Shown here: positions 37,450 to 49,800 of the stretch, piece after piece
How positions within the stretch are numbered: position 1 is the first letter of the stretch
How the letters are laid out: each line of letters starts with the position of its first letter
Assembly: GCA_003971905.1 (NCBI GenBank)
Contig: RSEE01000119.1
Span: forward strand, 1-64,000
DNA: 64,000 nt
Origin: Moniliella sp. 'wahieum'
Lineage: Eukaryota
Direction of reading: 5' to 3'
Notes under the pieces: model-generated
Database searches by the model: none
What the model was told of the DNA's origin: nothing
What the model saw: the letters and a program-made list of their open reading frames with translations, nothing else
Translations under genes and position numbers: made by a program

Positions 37450-40400
37450 TTAGCCTGATGCGCGGGACAAGATGCAAGAGGATGAACAAAGTATCCCGCG
37501 GGCGGCGGTCCAGGCCTTGCCCACCGCCTCGCGCGTCGACGCGGCAGCGCCTCCTTGTGACCAATCACTCAACGCGTCGCGGAACGTGCTGCGCTCCGCG
37601 GCGGTGAGCGCCGCCGAGGCCGCCATGAACAGCGGGAAGAGGTAGTTGCCGCACCCGACCGCGACGCAGTACGCGCGCGCGCCCTGCCACGTCGAAGGTG
37701 TCTGTGCCTGCTGCGTCTCGGCGTCGGTCTCGGTCTCGGTTCGTCTCGGGCCCAGGCGCGGTCGGACCAAGGTTCAGTTCCAGCTCGGGCCCCAACTCGA
37801 ACTGCGAGTGGGTCCAGATGTGCGCTACTTGGCGCACGCAGCGCCGCACGAGCGGGAAGAGCGGGCCGAGACGAAAGACAGTGTGGTAGAGCAGCAGCTG
37901 GGCGGCCAAGCGTACCATTTCAGCGCACCCGGGCGAGCCGTAATACGACTGGGCACGGGTGAGGCGGAGCATGGTACGCGAGGCGAGGGTGCGTTGGATC
38001 TGCTTGGCGCGGTGGCGCAGACGAGGAGGCAAGTGTTTGCCCAACGACGCTTCGCCTCTCACGTCCCGCAGTTCCCCGCCCATATCGCCATCGTGCAGCC
38101 CGGCCTGTAGGCGCACGTTTCTTGGGCGAGCTGGCCAGGCTCGCTTCGTCCTCCTCCTATTCTCTTCTGCCTCTCCTCTTCCTCCTCGCCTTGCTCCTCC
38201 TCGTCCGAGGCACCCTCCGCGTCGTCCTGCACGGCCTCCGAAAGGGTCTGGGGGGTCCAAGTCGGGCGCCCCGAGCGAGGCAGTGGCGTCGCACTCGTTG
38301 CGCAAATGGGCAATGTCCGAGAGACACTTGAGCAGAAGGTCGGGGCAGTTGAAAGGCCTGCGCAGGGGTCAGTGGTTAGTGGATCCGGGGCAGACAAGAA
38401 CGAGGTGAGAACAGCTAAAGGGGAAAGGGTCAGGCGGACGTACGAGAGCGGGAACTGTTCTGAGCCGTTTCTTCCTCGACCAAGGTGGTACTGGACGGTT
38501 GGCCATGGGACGGGTGGGTTTGGAGGCGCAAGAGGCTGTGGGCGAGTCGATCTCGAGGATAAAGTAAGGGCGAGTGCCGCGCGCGATGGCTGCCGACGTG
38601 TCTGCCCACACGAGCACCGTCAGGCCCAGAGTTTCGACGCCGTGGCACTGCGACCATCGTACACGTCGGTTACCGCCCAAGACCAGATGGGCAATCCGCA
38701 GCGCTTCGTCCAAGCTGGCAAAATGCGCATCCAGGCTCACCTCGGCCCAATCAAAGATGGCCAGGTTCATCGCAGCCAGGAGCAGCAGGCTGTCGTACCG
38801 CTTCACCACATCCAGGTCAATCAGGCCCTCTGGATGGGACCAGGGGTAGGGGGACCGGTGCGGACCGCATTCACTTCCTCCTCCACCGCTTGGGCGGCCA
38901 TGCGGCGCAGGTGGTAGCTATAGCTGCTCAGGTGACGATCGAGGTGCCGGTGGAGCGTCTGTTGGGATTGAAGCGACGGATCGTGTCCTGCGCCTGCCTC
39001 TTGCGCCGCAGACGGTTGCTCCGCCCGGTCCCGGTCCGACGAGGGATCGAGCCGGGACAGTTCGAGCGAATCGCGTCGCAGGCCCGCGCTCCAGCGTTGG
39101 ATCAAGCTCAGATCCTCCGGCCAGCGCAACTGGTCGCCTGCAATGTAACATGCTGCCACTGCTGCGACCGACAAACGGACATAGGCCTTGGTGTCGATCT
39201 GGGCAAAGAGAGAACGAACAAGGTCCTCAAACAGCCGGCTGTGACCAATCTGCGAAGGATGACATCCTTCCACCCAGCACGTGATCACTGCTCCATAGTA
39301 ACCTAGGATGCTTTCCTTGGTGCTAGGCCACGGCGTGCTGGACATGGCGGCCGTAGGCAAGCCCGGAGGGATGGCATGGGGCGACAGGCGTTGAGGGAGG
39401 TCGGTGGGAGAAGAGCGGGTGCGGATGCAGCGACGGTCCATTGGGCTTAGGAGTCGTAGCAGAAAAGCTGGGGAACGGCGAGGAAGAGGCGAATTGCGTG
39501 GTGGCAGGAGCTGTGCTGGAGGGCAGCGTAGTACTAGGAGGAGGGGGCATGCTTCCCACGGCCAAGTTAACAGTCTGGTTCAAGCTCAATCGACATCCAT
39601 AGGTACAGGCGTCTGAAGCACATCTGGGTTCAGGCCACCGGTCAACGCCGGGCCAGTGGGTGTGGCAAGTGCATCAAGCTGCGGGGGCAGCGGGTGAATG
39701 GCCAACAGGCAATTGCAACAGATCGGACGGCCCGACAAGAGGCAGTCGCCCACAGTTGGGCAAACGCCGCCCATGGCGATCGGAGCCTGGGTCGGCATGC
39801 CAAGATCGACAAGGGCAGAGCGGGTACCGCAGTGGCCTGCACCGCGGGGCTTAAGGACAGGTCCCGCTGCGCTGGGATGGCCATTGAGGATGAATGGAAA
39901 GGGGTCTGCGTAGACGTGCGGCGGCGGACGTCAGGACGCGGTAAGGCCGCTGACGAGCACTGCTATCCCTACTGTTTCCCACAGGATGGAGGAGGGCGGG
40001 AAAGGTGATGGCGCCAGAGGCACGGCGGTCTGGGACGACAGCGTGCCCGATGCACCCTCGTACTCCGAGGGAGCAGTGCAGCCGGGCGCACGCTTGAGGG
40101 GAGGGAATCCTAGGCACTCAAAGCCAGCGCGACGACAGCGCATACACCCGCCTGTGACGGGATCGCGTTGCTGTGCAGAGGTAAGGGAGGGGGTCAGCAA
40201 GGGCAGCAAGGGTAACGTGACCGGAAGTACGCACATCCTCTTCTCCCCGTCGCACTTCTTCCTACGAGCCCGGCACGTGAGGCACCCACGGCGAGTACGA
40301 GTCACACGCGGACGGGGGGGCGCTGGGTGGCGGGGCTTGGTGCGTTGGGGTTGGAGGCAGACGCAGTAGAGGGGGTGCTACTGGCGTCGTGCGGGGAAGA

Positions 40401-40647
40401 GGGCGAGGCGGAAGAGGGGGATGGTTTGATGGGGTCCGGCACGGGCGATGTGCGATTCGCAGCAGGCAGAGGGGCAGAGCGGTGGAGGGGGTGTCGAGGG
40501 TGAGGGCAGCAGCGGCAAGAGGCATTGGGAGAGACAGCAGAGCGGGGGAATGGATCAGCCGCGGGGATAGGGGTACGCAAAGATACACCGAGTGCGGTTG
40601 TGCGTTTGGAGAACGGGTGCTTGAGGGTAGAGAAGCACGTCAAACAT
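37450..40647 (-). CDS. Zn(II)2Cys6 transcription factor with fungal-specific TF domain
   Basis: RTRRGCLTCRARRKKCDG|..CMRCRRAGFECLGF at ~40300-40110; C-terminal YLFPLFMAAS..WTAA. Start codon uncertain. Confidence 0.8.
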
Positions 40648-41086
40648 ATCCAACCCCGGCAGAGGTGGTGATAGTGATGGTGGTGGTTGTGGTGGTGGTG
40701 TGGTAGCGGCGGGGGGGGGGGGGGGGGGAGGCGGAGGCGGAGGATGGAGAAGGGGCGGGGTGGATGGGGAGGTGGCAGTGGGTGGGCGAGGCGGCTGGGG
40801 TTGGGGTTGGGGACGGGTGGCGGACAGGCGATTTTGAAACGAGGGACCTGGTGGCACATGGCACATGCACTACATGGCACGCAGGGACAGCACTTGGAAG
40901 CGGGCAGAGAACCAGACTGGCGCGCTGAGGGGCCAGCACACCGCGTGGGCTGCTGTCTCGGCAGCCCTGGCGCGAAGAAGCAGAGCGAAGACGCAGCAAA
41001 GCGCGCCAAGGCCCAGTGCGACGCCACTGCTCTCACCCGCACTCGCCCCTACTCGCCCTACTGGTCCCTACTGGCCCCCAAGGCCA

Positions 41087-41643
41087 GCGCTGAGCGAGCG
41101 CTGACAGCTGACAGATCAGGCTGATTAATGGTTGCAACAGGTTGCAACCCATCTGCCCTGCATGTACACAGCACAGCCCAAGGCTACTCAATTCAAACGG
41201 ACACGCCTGCCAACAGGAGCGCACAAGCCACCCGGATCATCGATCACTCCCATCACTCGGAATCGATCCTGCTCTGTTCCGTTCCGCTCCGTTCCCTTGT
41301 CCAGTGTCGCAGCCACGCCGAACAGCCGCCATCGACACTCCCAGATGCACGTGTTGCTTATTACGCAGCATGATGGAATGATAATGACCCTTGTCCGTCC
41401 TCGATCTCATGGATCATCGCTCCCTAGCCTGCGGCAGCTTCAACGAGCAGTGGCCTTGAGACGTTTCCTACAACTTATACTGGACGCGTTACGTCGCCCT
41501 GACTGAGCAACTCAACCCGCTGAGATCTACAGAACGTCCGCCCGGCTGCTGACATGTGACACATGTCAATACCATCACGCATGACTTGTTCCTAATCAAC
41601 CGGTCACCGGTCACCAAACATCGATCATCGATTATCGATTATC
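41087..41643. repeat. TNA-palindrome arrays upstream of the Zn2Cys6 gene
   Basis: GCGC TGA; TGA CATG TGA; CCGG TCA CCGG TCA; TCGA TCA TCGA TTA TCGA TTA. Confidence 0.8.
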
Positions 41644-43381
41644 CGATCGTCTCTCTTCTTTCTGTGGCGCTACACTGGTGTAGTGGCGCCGGTCGCCAAC
41701 CCGGACCCTTCGGCTCTCAGATCTCATTAATCATTCCTTGCAATTCCTTTTCCTGGAGGGCAGGATAATCACGTCCATTTCATTGCGCAACCCCCGATCT
41801 GCACGCTTTTACATCAGCGACCGGTGCCACGTTCCCTGACCGGTGCCACATTCCAGCCCACCCGCATGCATCGGTGATATTATGTTCCCTCTCCAGCGTG
41901 GAACGGTGGCTAAGGTGGCGAAGGGGGAACGGCAGCTGGGGCTTCGGCCCCAGCTGACCGGGCCGTAGGCCCGGTGGTGGTCCTCCTTGTATTCTCTATA
42001 GCCCTCTGCAGCTAATGTGCAATGCAATACACCATCCCTGCCTGCTCTCTGGTCTTCTACACTTTCGGGCAACTTGTTCGACGAGTACGCAAGGCACAAT
42101 ACCATACACGGCCCAATAACAGGGAACCTCCCCTAGAAACACAGGATTCCGGAGCGACGTAAAAGAACACACGACACGCGCACGCAGGAGTGGCTTGGCT
42201 TTAAGTGCCACACAGCATCAGACCCTCGGGCCCGTCAAGGACATCGGCGCGTCATGCGCACATGGCAACGGGCTTTGTACACCCAGCGCTCACCCTCGTC
42301 TCTGCAAAAGACAGAGTTGCTGGTCTTTGCACAGCTGAAAATTCGCAATTGCCAACAAAAATGTACTTGTCCACCACAGATGGGTATTTCATCGTACATG
42401 ATGCATGAGCTACAGAGGCTAGAGCATCTTCTTGCCCTCCAGAAAGGAATATTGGAAGGAATGCGCCTGTTATGCATGTTACGGGCCGCGTTGGATTTGA
42501 GATGTTCTGATGCAAGCTAGTGTCTGCCTGCTCTGCACATGGCCAGTAATAGAGCTCGCTCCGAAGTCCAGCCCAATTTGATGATGGTTTTGGTTAAATC
42601 AGGGACGGTGGCCCGAGGGGCTATGCATTCGCGCGACAATAGTCGCGCCCCGCCCAAGCCCAGGTCGGTTGGCCTAAATACGGCCAGCCAGTTTCCCTTA
42701 CCTTTGCGAACCCCCCGTTAACGGTCACCGGTCACGGTCACCACTTACTTTTTCTCTGTTGCACCTGCGGCAACTAACCCCCTCTTCTGACGTGTCTTGC
42801 TTTCTACATCCCTATTGTATCCGTTTTCCCTTTTTGATCTAGCCTGTACCTCTGGTTGGTGGGGTTCCTTTTCCCCACCTTTCATTCACTCGATTCCCCG
42901 TACCAACGGCTTGTCACATGAGTTCCCTTCCAGCCACATTGACAGCCGCCCCTGTCCAGCCTCAGTTCTGGCAGTGTTTGTCCTCCACTGCCTCTACCCG
43001 TCCCTATTCTTAAGCGCCTAGCCCTGGAGGCTTCACAGACACGTTTTACCACGGCCCAAACGGGTGCATACACAGTCTTGCCGCACGTGCAGCCGCCTCG
43101 GCTTCATGCCTAAAGGCCTCTGCCCGTCCCTAGCTCCGCTCGGATTCACCAACTAGCCCAAGCGCCAAACTGCCGTGAGTCAACCTACCGTCTTCTACGG
43201 CATTCTACCCCACAAACCTGGGCGAGCTCCCTGCCACTATACCAGTGTGGCGCCACAGAGCCGCAGGCCCCACTGCTGTGGTGCTAGTGAACGTTCTAAG
43301 GAGAAGTACAGAGGAGGCAAAAAGAGAAGGGCGTATCAATACGACGGAGCACAACGGAAGCATCCCGGGCTGGATTAGAGA

Positions 43382-44531
43382 GGTGACCGGTGACCAGTGA
43401 CCGGTGATGTCCACATCAAACATGCTGGTGGAGGGTGCATGTGATTGAGGGCATCTGTCTTAGGCCTAACCGGTAACCGGTAACCGGTAACCTTAGGCCT
43501 TAGGCCTTAGGCCTTACTCGTTCTGGGACCTGTATGTGCCAGGAGATCGGAGACGTCGTATGAGATGGAGAGGGAGAAGCAGATAGATTGGATACGCCAA
43601 AGGACGGCCTTAAGGCTGATATCAGTACGTACACTTTCGGCAGCGGATCTCACAGATCTCACATGTCACATGTCACATGGCACATGGCACATGGTCACAT
43701 GCATGTTATGCATGTCACGCGTGACGTCATGTCAGTCACTAGCTGACTAGTGGCTATTCCGGCGTACTCGGCGGTTCAGGCTACGTAGTACGTCAGATCT
43801 CAGAAGAAATGTGCATTGTGCTCTGTGCCTCGTACGTAGAGTCTGTGTTTGCGCTCCGTTGGGTTGTTTTGGTGGCCATTGTGTCACTTTTGCTTGTTTG
43901 TTACACGACGCTGGAGTGGCGCTGGCGGATTCGCACATCCTACGTAGCCTCCATTATGCTCTTCTTCCAGCTTTGAGCTTCAAGCCTCAATTCATGCTCT
44001 ATTCAATGCCCCGTACTTGGGCCGAGTACTCCGATGCCTCGCCTCGCCTCGCCTCGGCCTCATCTTCAGTAGGGAAGCGCTAATAAAATGCTCAATGCAG
44101 TCATGGAGTTCGCGCTGACCATCAAATTCGGGATTAACGATGTTAATAATGTCAGGAATCGCCCCACCATTTTGGTCTTTTCCACCGGGTCAAAGTGCCG
44201 CCAAGAGCTACTCATATATTGAGGGCGCTCAGCTGAGCCAGAGGTACTGTAAGGGCCTTTTGGCCGTAGGCCTTAGGCTTTATCGGCTGGTTGAACGTTG
44301 AGTACTGAGTAGCCACGCCAATGCGTAATGACTAAATGACACTGCGTACGGAGAGTACGTGAGTACTCTGAGTGGTACTGGGTACTGACTAGTGGCTCGT
44401 GACGCGTGACTATAGTGACTATGCTGGCGCCTCAGCCGCTCCGCGCGTTGGACGCCCAGCACAGCAGCGAGACCACAGATCCGACATTCTCACGATCTCA
44501 CAGGTGGAACGGCGGCCGATGATCGATGATC
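43382..44531. repeat. TNA-palindrome arrays upstream of the PH-like gene
   Basis: TTA GGCC TAA (CCGG TAA)3 CC (TTA GGCC)3 TTA at 43460-43516; TCA-CATG arrays at 43646-43750; GT TGA ACGT TGA GTAC TGA GT at 44290-44310; TGA CGCG TGA CTATAG TGA at ~44400-44418. Confidence 0.9.
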
Positions 44532-45045
44532 CTCCTCGGCGTACCTGAGCGCCTGAGCGGCTGAGTGGGTTCTGCGCAGAACGCCGAGGACGCCGGTCTT
44601 GCCCACCGACTCCCACTCTCATTCATATTCATGTTCAAGCTAGCTTCATTCTTCCTGAATCAGCGACCAGCCTGATCGAGATCGCTGACTGCTCACATTT
44701 CAGTCCTTACTTCTCCCCCAGCCACGCCCTCGTCGCAGTCCGTGGGAGAGCGGCGCGGCCAAGCCAGCGCAGGCGAAATATATTGTTTGATCGATTTCAG
44801 CCCCGATTTTTTTCCTTCTTCGTGCGATTGCTCCGAAGGGTCCCGAAGAGCGGGCGGGGCACAGCAGACTCCAAAACCCCACGGGTCGCCCCGAGCGAAA
44901 AGCAATTGAAGACATTGGGACACCGCATATCCGCCCCGCCCACTCCGTTGCCCGCCCTTCTGCCGTGCCCGCCTTTTGCGTGTGTCTTGCTCTCCTCCTT
45001 CCTGAGGCCTGATCCCCATCCACCTCTCCCTCCCTCTTCACCACC

Positions 45046-46872
45046 ATGTCCCTTCTGCCCAGCGCTGTGTGGGCTCAGCCCCCCGACCCAACCAGCTCGG
45101 CGCCCAGCTGGACGCCCGGCTGGGCCTCCCTGCCGACCCCGACCACACTCGCCATCCACCTGCCGCCGCCGGCCAGCGCTAGTGCTCAAGTCGACCTGTC
45201 AGCCTTTACCGTCGTCCGCACCCGCACTGTGCCCAGCATCACCACCTCGTCCCACCCCCCCGGCACGCCACTTGCCTCCTTTCCCTCTACCCGTGGCACC
45301 CCCGCTTCTCCCTGGCTCCGCTCCACCAAGCGATCTGCCACAACGCCCGACCCATCTGAGATGGGAACACGAGCTTGGCAAGTCGAGCTGCTTGCCCCTC
45401 CCCCGGCAGGGCGGCAAGGCGCGCCGCCAGACAGTATTAGTGCCGTTCGCTGGTCCGATGCTGATACAGGGCGGAGCGTAGCGGCAGCAGCGCAGGAAAA
45501 CCTATTTGTGTTCCGTGTTGAAGATGTGGAAACAGCCAAAGGGTGGGCAGCGACATTGGCGCCTCTGTTGGGGGCACCTCCCGCCTCGCCTCAAGTAGCC
45601 AAGTCCCCTGTTTCATCTCGCGGACCTTCGCTTTCCTCCACTGCCCTCTCGAATTCACCCGTTGTGCTTCCCAGCCTGCCCCTGCCGCCAGCCCCGTGGG
45701 TTCCGCCAAGGAAAACGTCCCTAACCTGGGTCAGATCCACGAGAGCTCATCTAAGCCGCACGGGGAATCCGATTCGGCCCCTTCCCCCGCCTGCCGCCCG
45801 GCCCTCGTTCCCCATCGTCGTCACCGTCGAGGAGAATGTCTAGCAAAGGCAAGGGCGGTCTGTGGTCGCGTCTTCTTCCTCGTGGTGTGGGACAGCGTGT
45901 GCGCACGTCAGCGTCGCTAGGCATGGGCAACACCAAGGAAGCCTCTGCTGCCACCGCCACTGCCACACGCCAAGCAGCCAGCACTCCGCAACCCTCTTAT
46001 GGTTCGACTCCGCCTCCGCTCCGACGTCCTCGTTCGTCGGGCAACCTTTGCCCCGCCGTATGCCCTCGCTGCGCTCCCGCTCCGCTCAAGACTTCTCCGG
46101 CGCAAACGCCGATACCCCCTCCTTGTCGCCGAGAGTCTACGAGCCAAGCACGGCCATCCCCTCGCCCCTTTCTTCCCGCACCGGCGGCCTGTCGGAATCC
46201 AACATGCTTCACCTCTCTGTGCCCAGCACGCAACATTCACCCCTACCCTCTCCTCTCCCATCGCCTTCCTTGCAGCAGGACTCGCTGGCGAGTCAGGCCG
46301 CGTTGGAGGAAGACATCCCCTCTTGGCTGCATCAGTTCCGGTACCAAGGGCCTGGAGCTCAACTGCCTGCGATGCGGCCAGCAGCTGCGCCCATGCACTC
46401 ATCCATGTCTAGGCGCATGCCCGCGCCCTCTGCGCGCCCCATGTCCTATGCCGCTCCGAGCCTATACCATGCCGCTTCGATGCCTGTGCTGCGGGAAAAG
46501 GTGGAGCCGCTGCCGCGGCGGAGAGGGATTCGTGACTCGTTCACGTTGACTGCCGAGGCAGTCGCTGGGATTGCGGACAAACTCGCGTCGGGATCCAGCT
46601 CGGTCTGGCACGCGTCCCCGAGGATGGGGTACGAGACGAGGTTGCCCGTGCCCGAGGCTGCGTCGGCAATGGCCCCCCATCCTTCGCCCTTTGACCCGCG
46701 CATCCCGCCTCCTTCCGAATGGGGCCACGAAGCTGAGTCCCCGCCTCGCTTTTCTGCCTACCTCCCGCCTGCAGCTACCTTTTCCCTTCCCCCTCGTGGA
46801 GGTACGGAGAGGAGGCTCCAGCGTCTCTGCCGGGCCTTCGCCAGCGGCGGTGGAGCAGAGAAGAATCAGTAG
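45046..46872 (+). CDS. Hypothetical protein, probable N-terminal PH-like domain and Ser/Pro-rich tail
   Basis: Long overlapping ORFs 45046-45843 and 45862-46872. ENLFVFRVEDVETAKGWAATL resembles the last strand and helix of a PH domain. End may lie near 47002. Confidence 0.55.
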
Positions 46873-49800
46873 ACCGTCATGCGCTTGTCCTTGCTGCTTT
46901 GCAACAAGACGCCCTGTCGGAACAACAGTTGGCCGGCACTTTTGGGCCGTACGAAGATGGATTGGGGTCGGTGTGGGGATGAAGAGCGGCTGCCGGCGCT
47001 GAGGTCGGTGCACGCCTAGTGCAACCCTGTGCGGCCCCGCGCGGCCCAGCGACAAAGTCGCGTCCCGCGTCGGGGGCCCAGGTTGGCTTGGCTACGCAGC
47101 TATACCAATCCGAATTTCCCATCCCGTATAGGTGCAATTCTACAAAACCTACTACTGGCCGGCAGAGGACGAAAGAACCAACCCAACCTCACCCCCTCGA
47201 ACCTGTGAACCTTTGCCCCTTTCCGCCAATACGGATCTTCTATCTTTATCTTGCTCGATTTGCACACCCTGCACCATCTTTCCCCCCTTGCTCGCCCTCT
47301 GTTGAACGAGTCGGCCTCCACGCTTGCCTGCCGTGCAGGCTTTTGTCGGTGCCCTGTCCGACAGGACGCCTTGCGTTTTGACACAGGACCTTGCCTTATA
47401 CACACCGTGCTTCCGAGTAATTTATCATTACTGCCCACCCATTAGATCTTTCTGTCGTTCGTTGTCTCTTGGCGGCGTTGTAAACTGGTACCATTCTCTC
47501 TCCCTTACTAGTTGGCACCCGTCGTCCTAACCGTCCTAATTGGATATCCCAGTTCGTAATGCATAACGTACGTGCGTAGAAACCTGTGCTGCACTCACAG
47601 ATCCATCTAGTAAGCCTGCTTGATACAATTCGATACCCGATAGCCACCGCTGCCCGGTCGCTCTCCAACCGGAATTCCGCGGTGGGCACTGCCACATCTC
47701 TTACTACAACCCCGCCGGGCCATGTGGTCTACCCTATGTATATCGGATTGCTTGGTGTACATCGGAATGCTTCATGTGCATCTTGGAGGTTGCTGTATGT
47801 GCTCAGCGCGCTCAGCCTGAGTGCTCAGAGACACTCAGTACTCACAGGGCCCTGGGCATTCAATATTCACCGGTATTCAATATTCACGGCACGTTCACCC
47901 GTACCGTTTGACGTATGTTCAACGTGTTCGCCGTTCTTATGTTTACGCGTTTACGGACGTGTGAATGTGCACAGCGGGCGTGAATGCGGTGGGGGAGCCA
48001 AAAGTTGACCTCCTCGCGTGGCTATTTACTGACCTGCACTGACTGAAGGACGCTCGGGAGCTGAATAATGCGAGCACGAAGGGGGAAATCAACGGCCAGC
48101 TGAGTGCCTGGCTGCAGTGTGAGTGAGAGTGTACGTTGACCTACTACTATTAATAGTAGCTTGTGACCTGCATGTGATCCTTTAAACGTTTTGAATGTAG
48201 GAAGACGGGAAGCGGGGTTTTGGTCATGCAAAGTACTATTTAGTAAGACACGCGAGCGCGATGACATGGACTTTATTGCATGATGCCAGTAAGACTGCAG
48301 ATTAGTTCCAGCGCAGCAAAAGGTCTAGCTAGTATCGTTTCATGACAACACTCCCGCTCCATCCTCTCATTCCTAGGTCCAAACCCCGAGTCCTGCTCTG
48401 AGAGATGAGTCTCATCACCATCAAGACCAACAAAGATCCATTTCTGGGGCCGGGTGATGCATGACGAGGCGCAGTGCCACGGACGAAGACAGGCTGGTTG
48501 ACCCGGCGGAGCCTACGCGCCCGTTCGCCTTCTAACCACGTCCCCAGGCTGGTCAAAGGGGTCGTATGTCCGATCTCAGTTGAGGCCTATCCGGGGACGG
48601 CAGGGCCACCCAATTGTCGGTATTTTCCTTTCCGCGACGATAGTCGACGCCCCGTTTACCTTACCTTTCTAGGTTGCCCGTGCCGGAACCGTCTCCCCTG
48701 TTCTCTCCTCTGTTCTCCCCGTTCCTCCCCCATTGCGTTTTTGTTTCCCTTTTAGTCCCTGTCTGTTAGCAATTAATGATTTGTGGTTTTCCCCCACGGT
48801 CCATTGGCGTTCCCCCCTACTCTCCTCTCGCCAATGGATCAATCCAGTACAGATAACTTCTCTTGGTTGTTCCGCCAGCTCACGTCTTCAGCCCTCTGTT
48901 CCCAAATCCAAGTGCAGCTCAGTTCAGCCGCGTGTGATCCCGCCTACAGCACGCCGCCCCCAGTCCCCATCCAGCTCCAGTCCAGCAATGTGTGTCCTCC
49001 GCTGCCTCCTCCCGTCTCTGAGCCCGAAGGCTTCAGACACGCTACTGCCGCCCAAGCTGATTCAAAGCACCCTTGCCACACTTTTGCAGCCGCATCTGCT
49101 ATACGCCGAGAGACCTATCCCCTTGTCCTTCGCTCCGCTCATCGGACCCACCAATCAGCCCTAGTGAGTAACTGCCGTGAGTCGACCTTTAGACCCCAAT
49201 GGATTGTACCCCCAAACCCCTTCGAGCGGGCCTCCTGGCCACGCCCGCGCACGACACGCAGCGCTCACAGCCAGAGCATTCGGGCTCATAAAAGACTGTA
49301 ACTGACCGACGTCCTTGTTATCCCCGGGAATCCATTCGATGTGGTATCTAATTAGCGTCCAAATCCACAGAATCCAGCTTCCTCTGTACGGATTGCTGCG
49401 GAAGTTGAGTGGCACAGTGAAAAGAACTGTTGTTTGACCTCTATAATTGCCCTGATGTGGCCTTCTCATGACAGACACTCTCTAGGACCACGGACTACCG
49501 CGACACGAGTTTTTCCCGATCCGGCGCATCCGCAAACTTTTGCCACGAGAACCGACATCCCGATTCACAGGGTGGGCCTAACTTTGCCTCTATCTAACTC
49601 CGTTCGAATGCGCCAACAGTGTCCGGTACGGTTCGAACAACAACCAAGAGTTTTCCGTCCTCCATGTGGGAAACCAACCTGCCCTGTGAATCGGGTTCAA
49701 GTTCGGGATCCTCCATGAAACCGACTACACTTGCGTTCGGCCATTTTATCAAGGAGACCCTCCTCGACCATCTGTGGCTATTCGATATGCCACGTTCAGC

